From Lama guanicoe (lineage: Eukaryota), in assembly GCA_013239625.1 (NCBI GenBank), contig MU053933.1:3463817-3527816 (forward strand): 64,000 bases of DNA, written 5' to 3'. The notes under the pieces were generated by a model. That model did no database searches and was not told the origin of the DNA. It saw nothing but the letters and a program-made list of their open reading frames with translations. The position numbers and the translations under genes were made by a program. Of the stretch, positions 33,217 to 45,454 are shown piece by piece (within the stretch, counting starts at the first letter, position 1; every line of letters begins with the position of its first letter).

Positions 33217-36200
33217 GTGAGGCGGGTGTTGGGGTAGCGGGCTTTCAGGTGCGTTTGGTCCCGGGCTCCTGGAAGGCTTCGGTCTCTGGTCCTGGAGAAC
33301 GTGCCGCCGCGTGTGGTGCTCTCCATGGGGCCCCAAGGTTTGGGTGCTCCTTGGGCCTTGGGTGGGCGACCCCCGTGCACTAGCCTCGTGTCCCGCGTCA
33401 AGGGCAGCAGCTGCTTTTCTGGAGGCGGTCTCTGCGGGAGGCCCTGCCGCCCTGGCTGGTGCCCAGCCTTCCTCTCCTGTGACCCATGGCGCCTGTCTCA
33501 GGAACAGGACACGTTTATTTGGCCTGGAAGTTTGTCACATAGCGTGAAGTCAGGATGGGGTTTCACCTCCTCGCCGCGGATGGCTGCTGTGTGCCCTGCA
33601 GGGCTAGGTGTGTGCACCAGGCCTGGAGTGGGGGTGGCGCAGGTGGGGGCAGGTGGTGGCGGGTGCTGCCCGTGAGGTGGCAGAACGATCCGCAGCGATG
33701 GTATGGTTGATTAAAAGTCGCCGTTCTGGTGAATTAATGCTTCATTGCATATTTAAACTAGACATTCCAAGTCGTAAAGCAGGAGATCTGCACCTCGTGA
33801 GAGCACGAGGACCAGGAGGAGCTGTCCCTCTGGACTGAGACACGCTCCATGCGGAGGTTTGTGGGAGGGGCTCTGCTCCAGAAGTTAGTGTATCGTTTGC
33901 CTCCGTTCAGCGTGTCTCTGGATGGGAGGAAGGAAGCAGCCTCGCCTTGATAGGTGTGGTGGCTTCATTTTATGGGTGGCTCTCCAGCCTAGTGTGGTCT
34001 GCGGGCAGGATCGCCCATGAATTCCTGATTCTGGAGCAGGGCCAGTTCTGCGTGGGGTAGAGGGACTGTCACGTGTCTGAGCCTCTGGCCTGTCCCTGCG
34101 TTTGGGCCCCAGAACTTCTCCCTGGAAGCAGCTGGAGCCCCGTCGGCCTTGAGGTCTGGTCTAGAGGGCCTTCTGGTGCTGGGAAGGGGCCCCCAGCAGG
34201 TCCGAGCTTCACGAGCCTCAGGCCCTCGATTGTCATCTTCAGTTTCCTTCCACGCAGACAGACAGACCAGTAGATGCCACGGGGAACACGGCTTCTTCCC
34301 AGCCCGTGGATTTAATTCTGATTCTCTTGGTTTACGTGGTTTGAAGATAATGACGTTGTGAGAGCACACTGAGACAGAGGAAAGTATGTTTTACACACAA
34401 AACCTGTGTATTTAAAACTACGATTTAATTGTATTAGTGCAAAATTCGATTGTAGGAAGCAGGTGGGAGGTGTGTGGTGGGGGATGGGTGTGTGGGATGC
34501 AGCGCCCTGTGGACACGCTCGGCAGGAGGAGTTCAGGGACATGCGTGAGATGCAGAAGCAGCAGGTGCCCCAGGAAGGCTGCGCAGGGGGGCGGCTCTGA
34601 TCGACGGTGTGGCTCCTCCTGGGCTGAGCGGCTTCCAGGACGGCCTTGGGGCAGACTCTGGCTTGCAGCCCGAGCGTTTGTGAAGCCCCCTCTGTGGGCT
34701 GGGCCCCATGGCCGGTGCGCAGGGGTCAGCTGGGGTCGTGTCAGGTCCAGAAGTGGGCACCTGTGCCAAGTGCCCCACAGGCGCTACCAGCTCTGCACCC
34801 CATGCTGCACCCCGTAACCTGGGGCCCATGATCCCACCCAGGGACATGACCCTGCACGGACTCCACCCCGCACCCTCTGACCGCCGTCCTCGCCCTGGTT
34901 CTCGCAGTCCCGGCCACATGCTGCCTCCTGTTCTGGAGCAGCCTGGCCGTGCGCTCCTCTGCACTTGTCTGTGTCCGCTGCCTGCACTCTCCTGCCCTCG
35001 CATCCTTCTCATCAAATGCCTTCTCAGTGAGCCCTTCGGATGGCCCCCTCGGGACTCCCAGCCCCCTGCGGCAGCAGCGCAGCCCCCGTGTGGGGCTTGC
35101 CGGGCTTACACTCTGTCCGCCCCGCGTCCCTGGCCCGCAGCGACGCCCAGGCCGTGGCCTCCTGGCAAGCGGGCCCAGAGGGTTTGGTGCCAAGGGACCG
35201 ACTCTGCTCGTCCCCTCTGCAGACCTCTTTAGGGCAGTTGTCGCCGAGGTGTCTGAGGTCCTGCCACACCGGGTTACGACCTCAGAGGTCAGGGGGTGGA
35301 GAGGGCGACAGGACCCGCCTGTGGTGCACCCGGAGGGTGGAGTCCGGGTGGGGTCCCTGAGTGGGTCAGTCCCACGCGTGGGCCACTTGGTGGCCGGATG
35401 GAGGGGTGGAGGCGACTGCGCCAGTCGAGGCAAGAGCTGAGCCAGGCTCTCGGGAAGCCTGGAGAGGGGGGGCCTGCTGAGGGTGGGCCCAGGCCCTCCT
35501 GGGAAGTGCTCCTCGGGTCTGCTGGAGCCAGACTAGGGGCGCTGGGAGGGGCCCAGGGAGGCTGTGGTGCCTGCACTGCCTGGGGGGGCGGGTGGGGTGG
35601 GTCTGGCTGTGTGGGAGGAGGTGGCAGCGGCTGCCCGGGCACCCTCGCTGTGGGAGTGGAGGCTGGAGCAGGCGGGCTCTTTGGGTCTGCTGACTGCGTC
35701 CACACGGACCCTGCTTCCCTCGGCAGACGCTCCTGGTACTCTGCACACGCTGTGGCTTCTTCTTCCGATTTTTACACTTGGTGCATCAAAATGTGAGTGA
35801 GTAGTGTGCCAGGTTGTGAGGCTGTCCTTCTGGTGAAGTCTCACAGAGCAGCTGGAGCCCTCTGAGCACGTGGGACGCCATGGAGTCTGGGACCTGGCCA
35901 GGTCCTCGTGACCCGTGTGGGGCTCACGGCCTCAGTGCCCTTCGAGTTGGTGCAGGGGATGCCTCGCCGCCACCGCCCGTCGTGTCTCCTCCCTGCGGGC
36001 CGGAGGGCTCTGTCCTCGGACTTGAACTGCTGGTGCCTCCTTGTCTCCTGGTCTCTCTGGGCGTGAGAACAGTGGGTGTTTTACGTGAAGCGTGTGCAGA
36101 GTTACTGCTCAGATTATAAACCTTTGCGAGGGCTGTTTGTATGGGGCTTTTCAAAAGGACGTGCTAACGTCTCATCTCTGACTACAAAGTAGGCCCTAGC

Positions 36201-38261
36201 GATCACCTGGGTTCCTAGATTAAAGTCACGGTCTTAGCTGTGTGTGTCCACCTTGACTGCTCTGAAGTTAGTTTTTAAACTGTTTCTTTGTGTGAAAGTT
36301 CCCAGAGTGAGAATGAGGGGAGGTGACAAGAACAAAGGGAAGTGCAGAAGTGAGATTCATCCCCTTTGGATGAAAAGCCTGGGAGTTGGCACTTTTCTTG
36401 ATTTGCTCCTTGAACACTGACTTGCCCTGGATCGGGCCACTCTGGGTGGGTTTCCCCGGCTTGAAGGGATGAACGAGGGGAGGCCTGTGCCCCCAAGATG
36501 GCTCAGAGACATGCTCCGGTGTGATCCTGGCTGAGACCAGGCACTCAGCTGGTCACCGACTGCGTCACACAAACCATCTTCTCTCCACAGCGTCTTCCTG
36601 CTCAGTTTCATTTAAAAGAATAAAGACCTCTCCGTCCCACAAGCCCCCAGTGCCCCTCACTGTCAGCCAGTGGCCGTCACAGAGGGTCCAGCGGCTGCCA
36701 GAGCTGTCCCACCACGGATCCCGTGTGGGTCCTGCCGCCCCGGCCGTTCCTCCACGTTCGCATTGCTCTCGGGCTGAGCAGGTCCGTGGGTGCCGGGGGC
36801 CCCGCGTGCCCGGCCCCCTGAGAGTCTCCCGACGGCCCCCCTGGGCAGGGATACGGGTCCGAGAGCCTAGGACTTTCGCGTGAGGCCAAGCCCCGTCCTG
36901 CTGGCTGGGTCTGCGGGTGTTGGGGTGACCGAGCGGGCGCCCATCCTCCGCTTCGGTGTCGGTGCTCGTTCCTGCCTCCTCTGGCAAGGCCACCCTGCCG
37001 CCTGCCCTTCCTGGGGCCTTTCCTGGTTCCCGGCTGGCAGTGCTCTGCCCTCTGCCCTGCAGAGGGGCTGTGTTCACCCTGCCACCTCGTTGACTCCTGG
37101 CCACGCCGGTCCTCACGTTGCTCGCTCAGCTTCGTCTGAACACAGAGGGCATTTGGAAGAACTTTTCTAGTCGGGGGCATGTTTGTTCAAGTGCATTATC
37201 CCTTTTGTTTGCTCCCAAGAACGTGAGTGTTAGATACAGTTTTAGTGACCCTGTTTGTCCAGCTGATTTCGCACACACAAAACTGGCTTTGTGGGGACAT
37301 GGGGCCTGCTGTTTTACTTAATTGGAGAAAGCTTCACGGACAGAGCAGAAGAGTTCAGGAGACCTCTGGATGCGGTGGCCCACGGGGCTAGTGGCAGCCT
37401 CAGTGCCTCCTTCTCCATCCTAACCCACAGGATTGACGGTGCTCCCCTAGGTTCCTCACATGTCCACCCATGTCCCAGCCTCTGCCTGTGCTGCTCAAAT
37501 CAGGACCCACACGGGCCTCGCTTTACTGCCCCCCCCATGAGGTTGCAGAGCGTCCCTCGCTCCAGAGCCATGTCTGCACATGGGCGGATCCGGGTTCCTG
37601 TCCTGGGGAGAGTCCCCTGGGTGGGTGTGTGCCTTCTGGTCTCCCTCAGGCTTGCTCGCAGGCAGATGTCCTCAGAGCCTTGCTGGCGTCTCCTGGGAGG
37701 CTGTGGTCACTGTCCCCAAATAGCAGGGACGAGCTGTATGTCCGCCACAAATACTCCTGCACCTGTCGTAGAAGCTGTCACTTGTCAGAAGAGCTGTTTT
37801 TCGTGCGTGTGAGGCGATCGGATTACCTTCCAGGTCACTTCCCTTTGCAGACTGCTTGTGAGAAAAGTTCCCTGAAAACGTAAGCCTGATTCCGTTTTCT
37901 TAGAGATAAGCACCCCGTGAAGAAGTTCCCCTTGCGCTGGTGCCACTGGGCAGCGGAGGGAGGGCAGCGCCTGACCACAGCGTGACCGCCAGGCGCGCCC
38001 AGGCAGGCTCGCCTCTCTTGGGAAAAAGATGTGTTCATGTGACTTTTGAAAATACGGAGAGAGCAAGCCTGCGGTCGTCTTAGGCGACGTCTGAGTGCCC
38101 GTGGCCCGCGGCCAGCTGGGCTTGTCGTGTTGCCGGGCTGGCGCGCCTTGTGCAGTGCTGCTTGGTTTTTATTCTTCTGGCATATTTGTGATGTTTTTTA
38201 AGATTAAAAAATACATAATTCCCACATAATTGTGTGGATTTTTAGAAAACCTATGAGTAAT

Positions 38262-38384
38262 TTTTCTTGCTTATTTGTTTTGGGGGTAATTATGTTTTTT
38301 AAAAGCTTGTTTATTTATTTATTTTAATGGAGGTGCTGGGGATTGAACCCAGGACCTTGTGCATGCTGAGCTACACCCTCCCCC
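38262..38384 (-). mobile_element. tRNA-derived SINE (same family as 5880 and 59811) with an internal deletion
   Basis: ggaggtgctggggattgaacccaggaccttgtgcatgctgag...ctacaccctcccc. Confidence 0.8.
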
Positions 38385-40362
38385 TGCAGACAACACCCTT
38401 TCTTACACTGACTTTACCGCTCAAAACATGACCAATTACGAGCAGAACAGTTGGCTGTAAGGAGGGGTGGGGCGGGGTGGGGGCGTCACACGAGTGAGAC
38501 CTGCTGCTAGCCTGTCCCCTCAGGTGGCCTTTCCCAGCTCCCGCGAGTGCTGCAGGGGGGCTCGGCCCCAGAGCCTGGGCCTTGTCCTGGTACACAGCAA
38601 GGCCCTGCTCCAGGCCTGGGTGCGCACGGGGCAGGCAGGTCGCAGGTCCCACCGCCCTTGCGGGTGTCGGGTCAGGGTGATTTCCTCCCGTCCACAGTCC
38701 ACGTGGGCGGGCTGTGTCTGCTGCTCCCACCGACGTTGGTGACCTCTTGCTGTACTGGGTGTGCCTCCTCAGCTGCCTTAAAACGCTGTCTGAGACAAAG
38801 TGAAGGTTAAGAAAGAAGTCACACTGGGCTTCCAGCCGGCCTCATCACGTGCAGCTCTGCCTTGGGGTCCCGTGGGTGCCTCGCGGGGCAGACGCAGGAG
38901 GGCGTGGCGCCGGCGGGCTGGTTCTTGGTCGCCTTTCCCGGCGCAGGTCCCATGTAGAATCCACCCTGTGCCCTTCTGTGTGTGGGCAATGACACCAAGG
39001 CCTGAAAGGCCCGTGTGGGGCTCTCGTCCAGGTGGTGTAGGGCAGGCCCCGGGCTCGGGACCAGGTTCCATGAGGGCACGTGGGGTGTAGGTGCCCTTGG
39101 ACTCCTGCCCTGACCTCAGACGGAAGTTGCATTTATCTGTTTGTAGATATTTGGCTTCTGTGAAAGACATTTCCCTGAAGAATGTGATCTGTGGCTCAAA
39201 AAGGTTTCTCAAGAACCACATATTTAAACCTCCTTGCAGCAGAGCATTCAGCAGGTGTGGGGCGCACAGGATGTGCTGCCAGGACTGCTCGCCCAGGGTG
39301 CCAAGAGGGAAGAGCCCTCCCTGTACCACGGCCTGGGGCCCAGAGGGCCGCACACCATGGCTCAGTGTCCGGCCTGACCGTTAGCCGCGGCTTACCACGT
39401 GCCTTGGCGGATTAGCCTTTTCTTGGGCATTGATGTTTTCTTAGTTTTTTGAGTGCCCTTCACTGTGGGCAGAAGTGGTTCACGTGGTGTCTGTTTTGGG
39501 GGGAAGGGCATGTGGCTTGTCCCCTGTCCCTGGCCTCGCCCTGCCGGTCAGTGGTGCCCATCACTCGGTTTTATTCCTGTTTGCCAGCACATCGGCGTCC
39601 CTGTCACACCCGGCTGCCCTTGGGGTGCCACTCCCCGCACCGTGAGCTGTCTGGCTGAACCGCCCTTCCTGCAGGTGGTTGCGGTGCGAACGGGGGAGTT
39701 AAAGGGCTTTGCAGCTGCTGTGTGTCCTAACTTGAAGCTGCACTTGAATCCTTCCTTTTAAAAGATTGGGATTAAGTCTTTTCAGGAGAGAAAGTTTAAA
39801 AACATGATCTGTGTCAATTCAGAAATGACCTTTAGGACTTGAGAGGATAACTGTCGTGTTGTGCCGCGCAAACCCGTCTCCTGCGTGTTGTGATTGCGGT
39901 GAGACTCGGAGGCCCCACACGGTGACTTGAAGTTTTCTAGGAGCTATGAGTCGACTCCTGTGTGTTGTCACAGTGAAAGCATGAGGAGTGAGGGTGAGCG
40001 CCAGTGCCAGCGCTGCAGGTTCAGGGACACTGCCCAGCACAGCTCCCCTCCTCCCACGGGGCAGCCGGGGCCCAGCGCTCAGCTCCCCTGGCAGGGCTGG
40101 AGGAGGAGACCGCGCAGCCCGGGGGCCGTCAGCCCTGCGCTGGGGCAGCGGGTCACGCGATTAAAGGGACCGGGATCAAGAGTCATCTGTTTTAGCGCTG
40201 TCCTTTCCTGTCTGCAAAGTAAATAAGAAAGTTTATTCACAATCTTGATATGCAAAATTAAAGCATTTTGATTGTCTTAGAAACAAGCAACTTTTTTCGT
40301 TCATTATTATCTTCAAATTGACTAGTTAGCATACCTTTCTGCTAAGAAGTTGTCACCAAGTA

Positions 40363-40578
40363 CAGTTAACCCTTGAGCAACGTGGGAATTGGGGCCCTGA
40401 GTCCAAACAGTCAGAAATTTGCCTGTGACTTGTTGTTGGCTCTCAGTGCATGTGGTCCCTCTGTGCCCACCCTTCCTCTGAATTCTCAGCTCAGCCAGCC
40501 GTGGGTTGAGTGGTACTGTGTCACTCACCGTGCAAGAGCTGACCCACACAGCTCCAACCCACGTTCAGAAGGCAGTTG
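40363..40578. mobile_element. Tigger2-like DNA transposon MITE
   Basis: TA on both flanks; left end cagttaacccttgagcaac with a degenerate inverted right end. Confidence 0.7.
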
Positions 40579-41507
40579 TACTTTAAATCTGAGAAAGTCT
40601 GAGTCCTGCTGACTGTCTGCCCTGGTGACTCAGCAGCAGCCACGTCCAGCCTTTTCTTGCTTTGATGGACCTATTTGCATGGAAGGGCGTCTGTGCAGGT
40701 TTCAGCTCCGCTTCGCATGATGACTTTTACTGCAGGTTTGTTTTGTTTTTTAGTTACAGCTTTACTGAGATGGATTCACACACCGTGGAAGTCTCTCTCT
40801 CGAGTGTGCAGCTCGGTGGGTTTTGGTGCACTCGTGAGGTTGCGCAGCTGCTGCTGCCCCCAGTCCCCGAGCCTCTGCGTCTCCGCACAGGAGCCCCACC
40901 TACCAGCATCCCTCGTCTCTCCCAGCCCTGGCGCCACTGGCGGACTTTCTGTTTCTGTGGGTTTGCCTTTTCTGGACATCTTACAGAAATTGAATCATGC
41001 AATATGTGGCCTCTTGAGTTTGGCTTCTTCCACTTAGAACAGTGTTTTGTAGGCTCGTGCACGTTGTGGGGAGTGTTGGTGCCTGCTGTTTGCTGTCTCC
41101 ACATCTCACGCCTGTCTTGTGCCTCCAGTCCCCCACACCTGCCTCCTTTCATTTTAATTTCCTTGATGTGTATTTTTCTACGTATTTTTTGAGCTGTTTT
41201 TTAGTGCTTGCCCCGGGGATTACAACGAACACTTGAACAGCCTAGTCCACATTAACACCAACTTAATTTTATAGTTTACAGAACTGTCCCATGTAGCTTC
41301 ATCCCTCCCTTCCCTCTGTGCTAATATTGTCATACAAAGAACATCCGTGGACATTTTATGCTCATTGCTTTATCCAGTTGTCTTCTAAGTCAGATAGGAG
41401 AAAAAAGAATTGCAAACAAAAGCTACGTTTATTTTGTCTTTTATATTAACGTGTATAATTACCTTTTCCAGTGTTTTTTATTTTGTCATGTAGATTGAGG
41501 TTAATGT

Positions 41508-41961
41508 TGTTGAACTGAAATAAAACTACACAACGTGAGAGTTGTGGGTTCAGTTTTTATTTGGGGCAAAGTGAAGACTGTAGCCCAGGAGACAGCATCC
41601 CAGAGCTCTGAGGAGCTGCACTGGAGAGGCGGGGGGAGCACGTCAGTATCACAGACGATTTCAGTGAAGGGGGGACGTGTGGTCAAGCACACGTTTAGGC
41701 GGAGACTTCCCTAAACCAGGAGCAGATGTCACTGTTGATGATTTTAGTGCTTTTCTAGATAAGAGGAGACGCAAGAATTTGGGTCATAAAAACCTCTGAA
41801 GATGTCCAACTTTCTGATGGCCTGTTTGGCCAGTTTTCCCAGAGCACAGAGCGCCTCCTTCCTGATCTGCATCCTGATCAGGGAATGCCGGAGGTCCGCG
41901 GCTGCGGCTCGTGATCTAATACAAGCAGAGGTAGATGGCAAGTGCCAGTTTTTAGTTGGCA
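41508..41961 (-). mobile_element. Solo LTR (ERV1-like, 454 bp) inserted in an older L1 fragment
   Basis: TG...CA termini, 4-bp TSD atgt (41504-41507 and 41962-41965), minus-strand AATAAA at 41556-41561. Confidence 0.85.
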
Positions 41962-43380
41962 ATGTCTGCTTTCCTTTCATTTTAGCCTGACGGGCTCCTG
42001 TTAGTGTTTCTTCGGGGGAGGGTCTGTTAGTGATGAGTTCTCTCAGTTTTTATTTATCTGTGAATGTCTTAATTGCTCCTTCATTTTAGAAAGAGTTTCT
42101 CGGATGTAACTTTCTTGGTTGACACTTTTGTTTAGCGCTGTGAGTGTGCCATCCTACTACCTCTTGGCCTCCGTGCTTTCTGATGAGTGAGCTGCTAATC
42201 TTACTGAGGGTCTGCTTTGTTGGGTTGCTCCTCTCTTGCTGCTTTCAAGATTCTTTGTCTTTCAGAACTTTGATTATGAGGTGTCTAGGTGTACATCTCT
42301 CTGAGTTTATCCTCCTTGGAGTTCATTGAGCTTCTTCTGTGTGTAGATTAATATTTTTTCATCAGATTTGCAAAATTTTTGGCCACATTCTCCTCAAGTA
42401 TTCTTCTGCCCTGTTCCCTTTCTCCTTTCTCCTGGGACCCTCATTATGTGTATGCTGTTCTTTGAGGGTGTCCCACAGGACTTTGAGGCCCTACTTACTT
42501 TTTTTCATTCTTTTTTTTTTCCTGTTCCCCAGACTGAATAATCTCATTTGACCTGATTTCGTGTTTGCTGATCCTTCTGTCCACTCAGATCTGCTGTTGA
42601 GCCCTCAGTGGATCTTTATTTCAGTAATTGTACTTTCCAGCTTCAGAATCTTGTCTGGTTTCATTTATAACCTGTCTCTTTGTTGAGGGGCTCTGGTTGG
42701 GGCATGCTTCCAGTGCTCTGGCAGGTAGTTTCCATCTCTGCCTTCGCTGTCACCTCCTGCTTGTGCAGAGCTGCAAGGTCAGTGAGCAGTGAGAGCTGAG
42801 AGCCTTGTCTGGTCCTCAGGGCAGGTGCACAGTCCTACCCAGTTGGACTAGCGGCTCCCAGGACTGTACCAGAGCTTTTCAGAGCCGCCTCTGGACCTTT
42901 CCTCCTCCAGTGTTTCCTCTTAGGGTTTTGGTCATTGTCTCCTCCTGTTTTCACCACCTTAGTTGCTGCGGATTTTTTTTTTAACAAAGAGCTTGGGGCT
43001 AGGCTTTTGAGGTGAGCTTTGCATCAGATCAAGTAAAGACCAGATTTACAAATGGAGCTGTTCAGTGAGCTGCCAGACAGGTCAGTTGGTGGCAGTGAGC
43101 AGTGGTGCTCTAGGGGAGATGCAGACCCATTCTGCCCCCACCCCTCGCCCATGGCTGCTGAGCTGCGTTTTCAAGGTTGTCTTAGAGGTTGAGTGGTGGG
43201 TTGGGCAGGTTCAAACACCCCGAAGCTTGCTATTTTGATGGAGAATCAACTTTTGTTTTCAATAAACACTTTAATTTCCAAAGCTCTGAAAAAGTTGATT
43301 TTGACAATTTTTGCCAGTGCTCTCGGTGCTTTTATAGAGGAATGGATTTTTATTCTGCCATTCTTGAAGTGCTACCTCTG
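41962..43380 (-). mobile_element. Old L1 fragment(s) continuing from ~41150 across the LTR; approximate ends
   Basis: T-rich L1 antisense motifs (ctcttgctgctttcaagattctttgtcttt; ttggagttcattgagcttct). Confidence 0.7.
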
Positions 43381-43773
43381 GTTAAAAAAAAGTAATTTTA
43401 TTAATATAGTTTAATTCATTAGGTGAACGTTGTTTAAAATATTTTTAGTGTTTAGGAAGAAACAGGATTTTTCTTTTTAAAACCAGAGGAGCTTAGGTTT
43501 CTGAGTATTCTGGGTTTTGATGGTCGTGGTACCCTGAGGATGGAGAATCCTTAATATGACCAGTGGGGAAGGCAGCAGGCATTTCTTTGTGTTCTGTGAG
43601 ATGAGCACGTTGGACACACATTCACCCGGGTGCTGGCCTTGGCCTTTTGAGAGTACAGACTCAATAAATACGTGTTGAATGAGCTGAATTCTGGTGGATA
43701 GCAATGCAGTGGAGCAAGGGTAATTTTATAGCTTAATTGAGTCTTTTGTTGTTAACAGTGTTCTTTTGTGCAG

Positions 43774-43920
43774 GGTGAGTTTGAAGGTGAGAAGAAAGCT
43801 GCTTTGTGGGAGGAAGAGGAGACGCATAGACCTGAGCAGGAGCAGGTACAGTCTCGTCACCAGAAAGAGAAGGAGTCTCTGTCTCTGCAGCTTCAGGAGA
43901 AGGATCACCAGATTCTGCAG
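43774..43920 (+). CDS. PCNT: Pericentrin exon 16 (GEFEGEKKAAL...EKESLSLQLQEKDHQILQ)
   Basis: Acceptor ttcttttgtgcag|GGT, donor CAG|gttcgt; 147 nt, phase 0/0. Confidence 0.93.
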
Positions 43921-43974
43921 GTTCGTGGAACGTGTCTTCTCGGTGAAGACTTTCTTTGTAAAACGTGCATGACA

Positions 43975-44790
43975 TAATTTTTACCCTTTCAGCCACGGTA
44001 AGTGTACAGTTCGGTGGCATTAACCCCATTCGTAGTGCTGTGCAGGTATCAGCACTGTCCGTTTCCAGAACCTGCTCTTCATCCCAGGCAGAAGCTCTGT
44101 CCCCAAGAACAGTGATTCCCGTCCCCTCCTTGCAGCCTGGGCACTGACCACTGGCCTCTCTGCCTCCGTGAATTTGGCGGCTCTCGGTCTCGTTCTTCTG
44201 TCTGGCTTATTCCACTTCACACGTGTCCTCTAGGTCCATCCGCCTGTAGCACGTACCACTGTTCACAGCTTTTCATGGCCGAGCAATATTCCATTGTGTG
44301 TAGATGACACATTCCGTTCCCTTGTCCGTCTGCTGTGTGTAGATGACACATTCCGTTCCCTTGTCCATCTGCTGATCGCTGTCTCCTCCTTTGGCTGTGC
44401 TGCACAGCGCTGCCATGAACTCTGGAGTGCAGGTGTTTGTTTCCACTCCTTCTTTCGGCTTTTTGGGGTGTATATCTAGGACTGGTGATGGGTCACGTGA
44501 TAATTCCATGTTTAGCTTTTTGAAGAACTGCTGAGCAGATGTCCACAGAGGCTGTGGCATATGGTGCATTTCCACCAGCAGTGCACAAGGGTTCCAGCTT
44601 CTCTACAATTTTGTCAATACTTGTTTTTCATTTTTAAAAATAATAGCCTTCGTAGTGGAAGTGAGATGATACCTCGTTTTTATTTGTGTTTCCCTACTGA
44701 TTAGTGATGTTGGACAGCTTCCCATGGGTTAATGGCCATTTTTATCCGTTCAGGTCCTTGAGAATTTTTGAATTGGGTTTTTTTTTGTTG
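43975..44790 (-). mobile_element. Old L1 3' fragment containing a 39-bp tandem duplication (44295-44372)
   Basis: L1 motifs tgcatttccaccagcagtgcacaagggttcca and tttttgaagaactgc. Confidence 0.8.
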
Positions 44791-45454
44791 TTGTTCATTA
44801 TTATTGAAAATATAGATGTATAATCATACTGTTTTTAGAGATAGTCCCACTGTGTAGCTTTTTCAAAGTTGTAGTAGTACTGCTTTTTTTTCTGACTCTG
44901 CCATCATTATAGGGTCACTGGATTTGAACTTACTAACACAGTCTTGTGAGTGTGTGTAGGCATTGTGACAGGCGCGTTACGTATGAGGCAGTTTTCTCCC
45001 TCTCGGGACACTGAGGCCCAGGAGGGTTCTATTCATTTGCTAGTGGTCCATTGGCCAGGGCTTCTGAATGCAGACTCTGCACACGGGTGTGTCTGACTTA
45101 GTTTGGTAACAACGGTGTAAAAATCACTCCCAGCCAGATTCAGGGCAGTATGTGTCTGTGGAGGTCAGTCATCACCTGCAGATCAAAGAGCAAGTTCCTA
45201 GCTGCAGAAGCCCCTTGTGCTAGGAGCCCAGCCACGAGAAGGGAGGAGAGGTTGGGGGTGGGTGCAGCAGAGCAAGGAAGGCACCAGGGCTTAGGCAGGA
45301 AGGGGATTCCATGAAGAAGAGAGCCTTTCAAAGTATATCTTAAACTTTTCAAAGTTCCAGGCATTTCTGCTGATACAATATATGCATTCTTAAAAAAACT
45401 TCTCATTCTGTAAAAAATACAAAAAGTAACATGGCTCGTGGGCAAAATACTGTT

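Noticed and set aside
31162..33336. Antisense ORFs over exons 14 and 15 (similar ones over exons 5, 20, 21 and 22)
   Set aside because: Mirror frames produced by CAG/GAG/CTG-rich coiled-coil codons.
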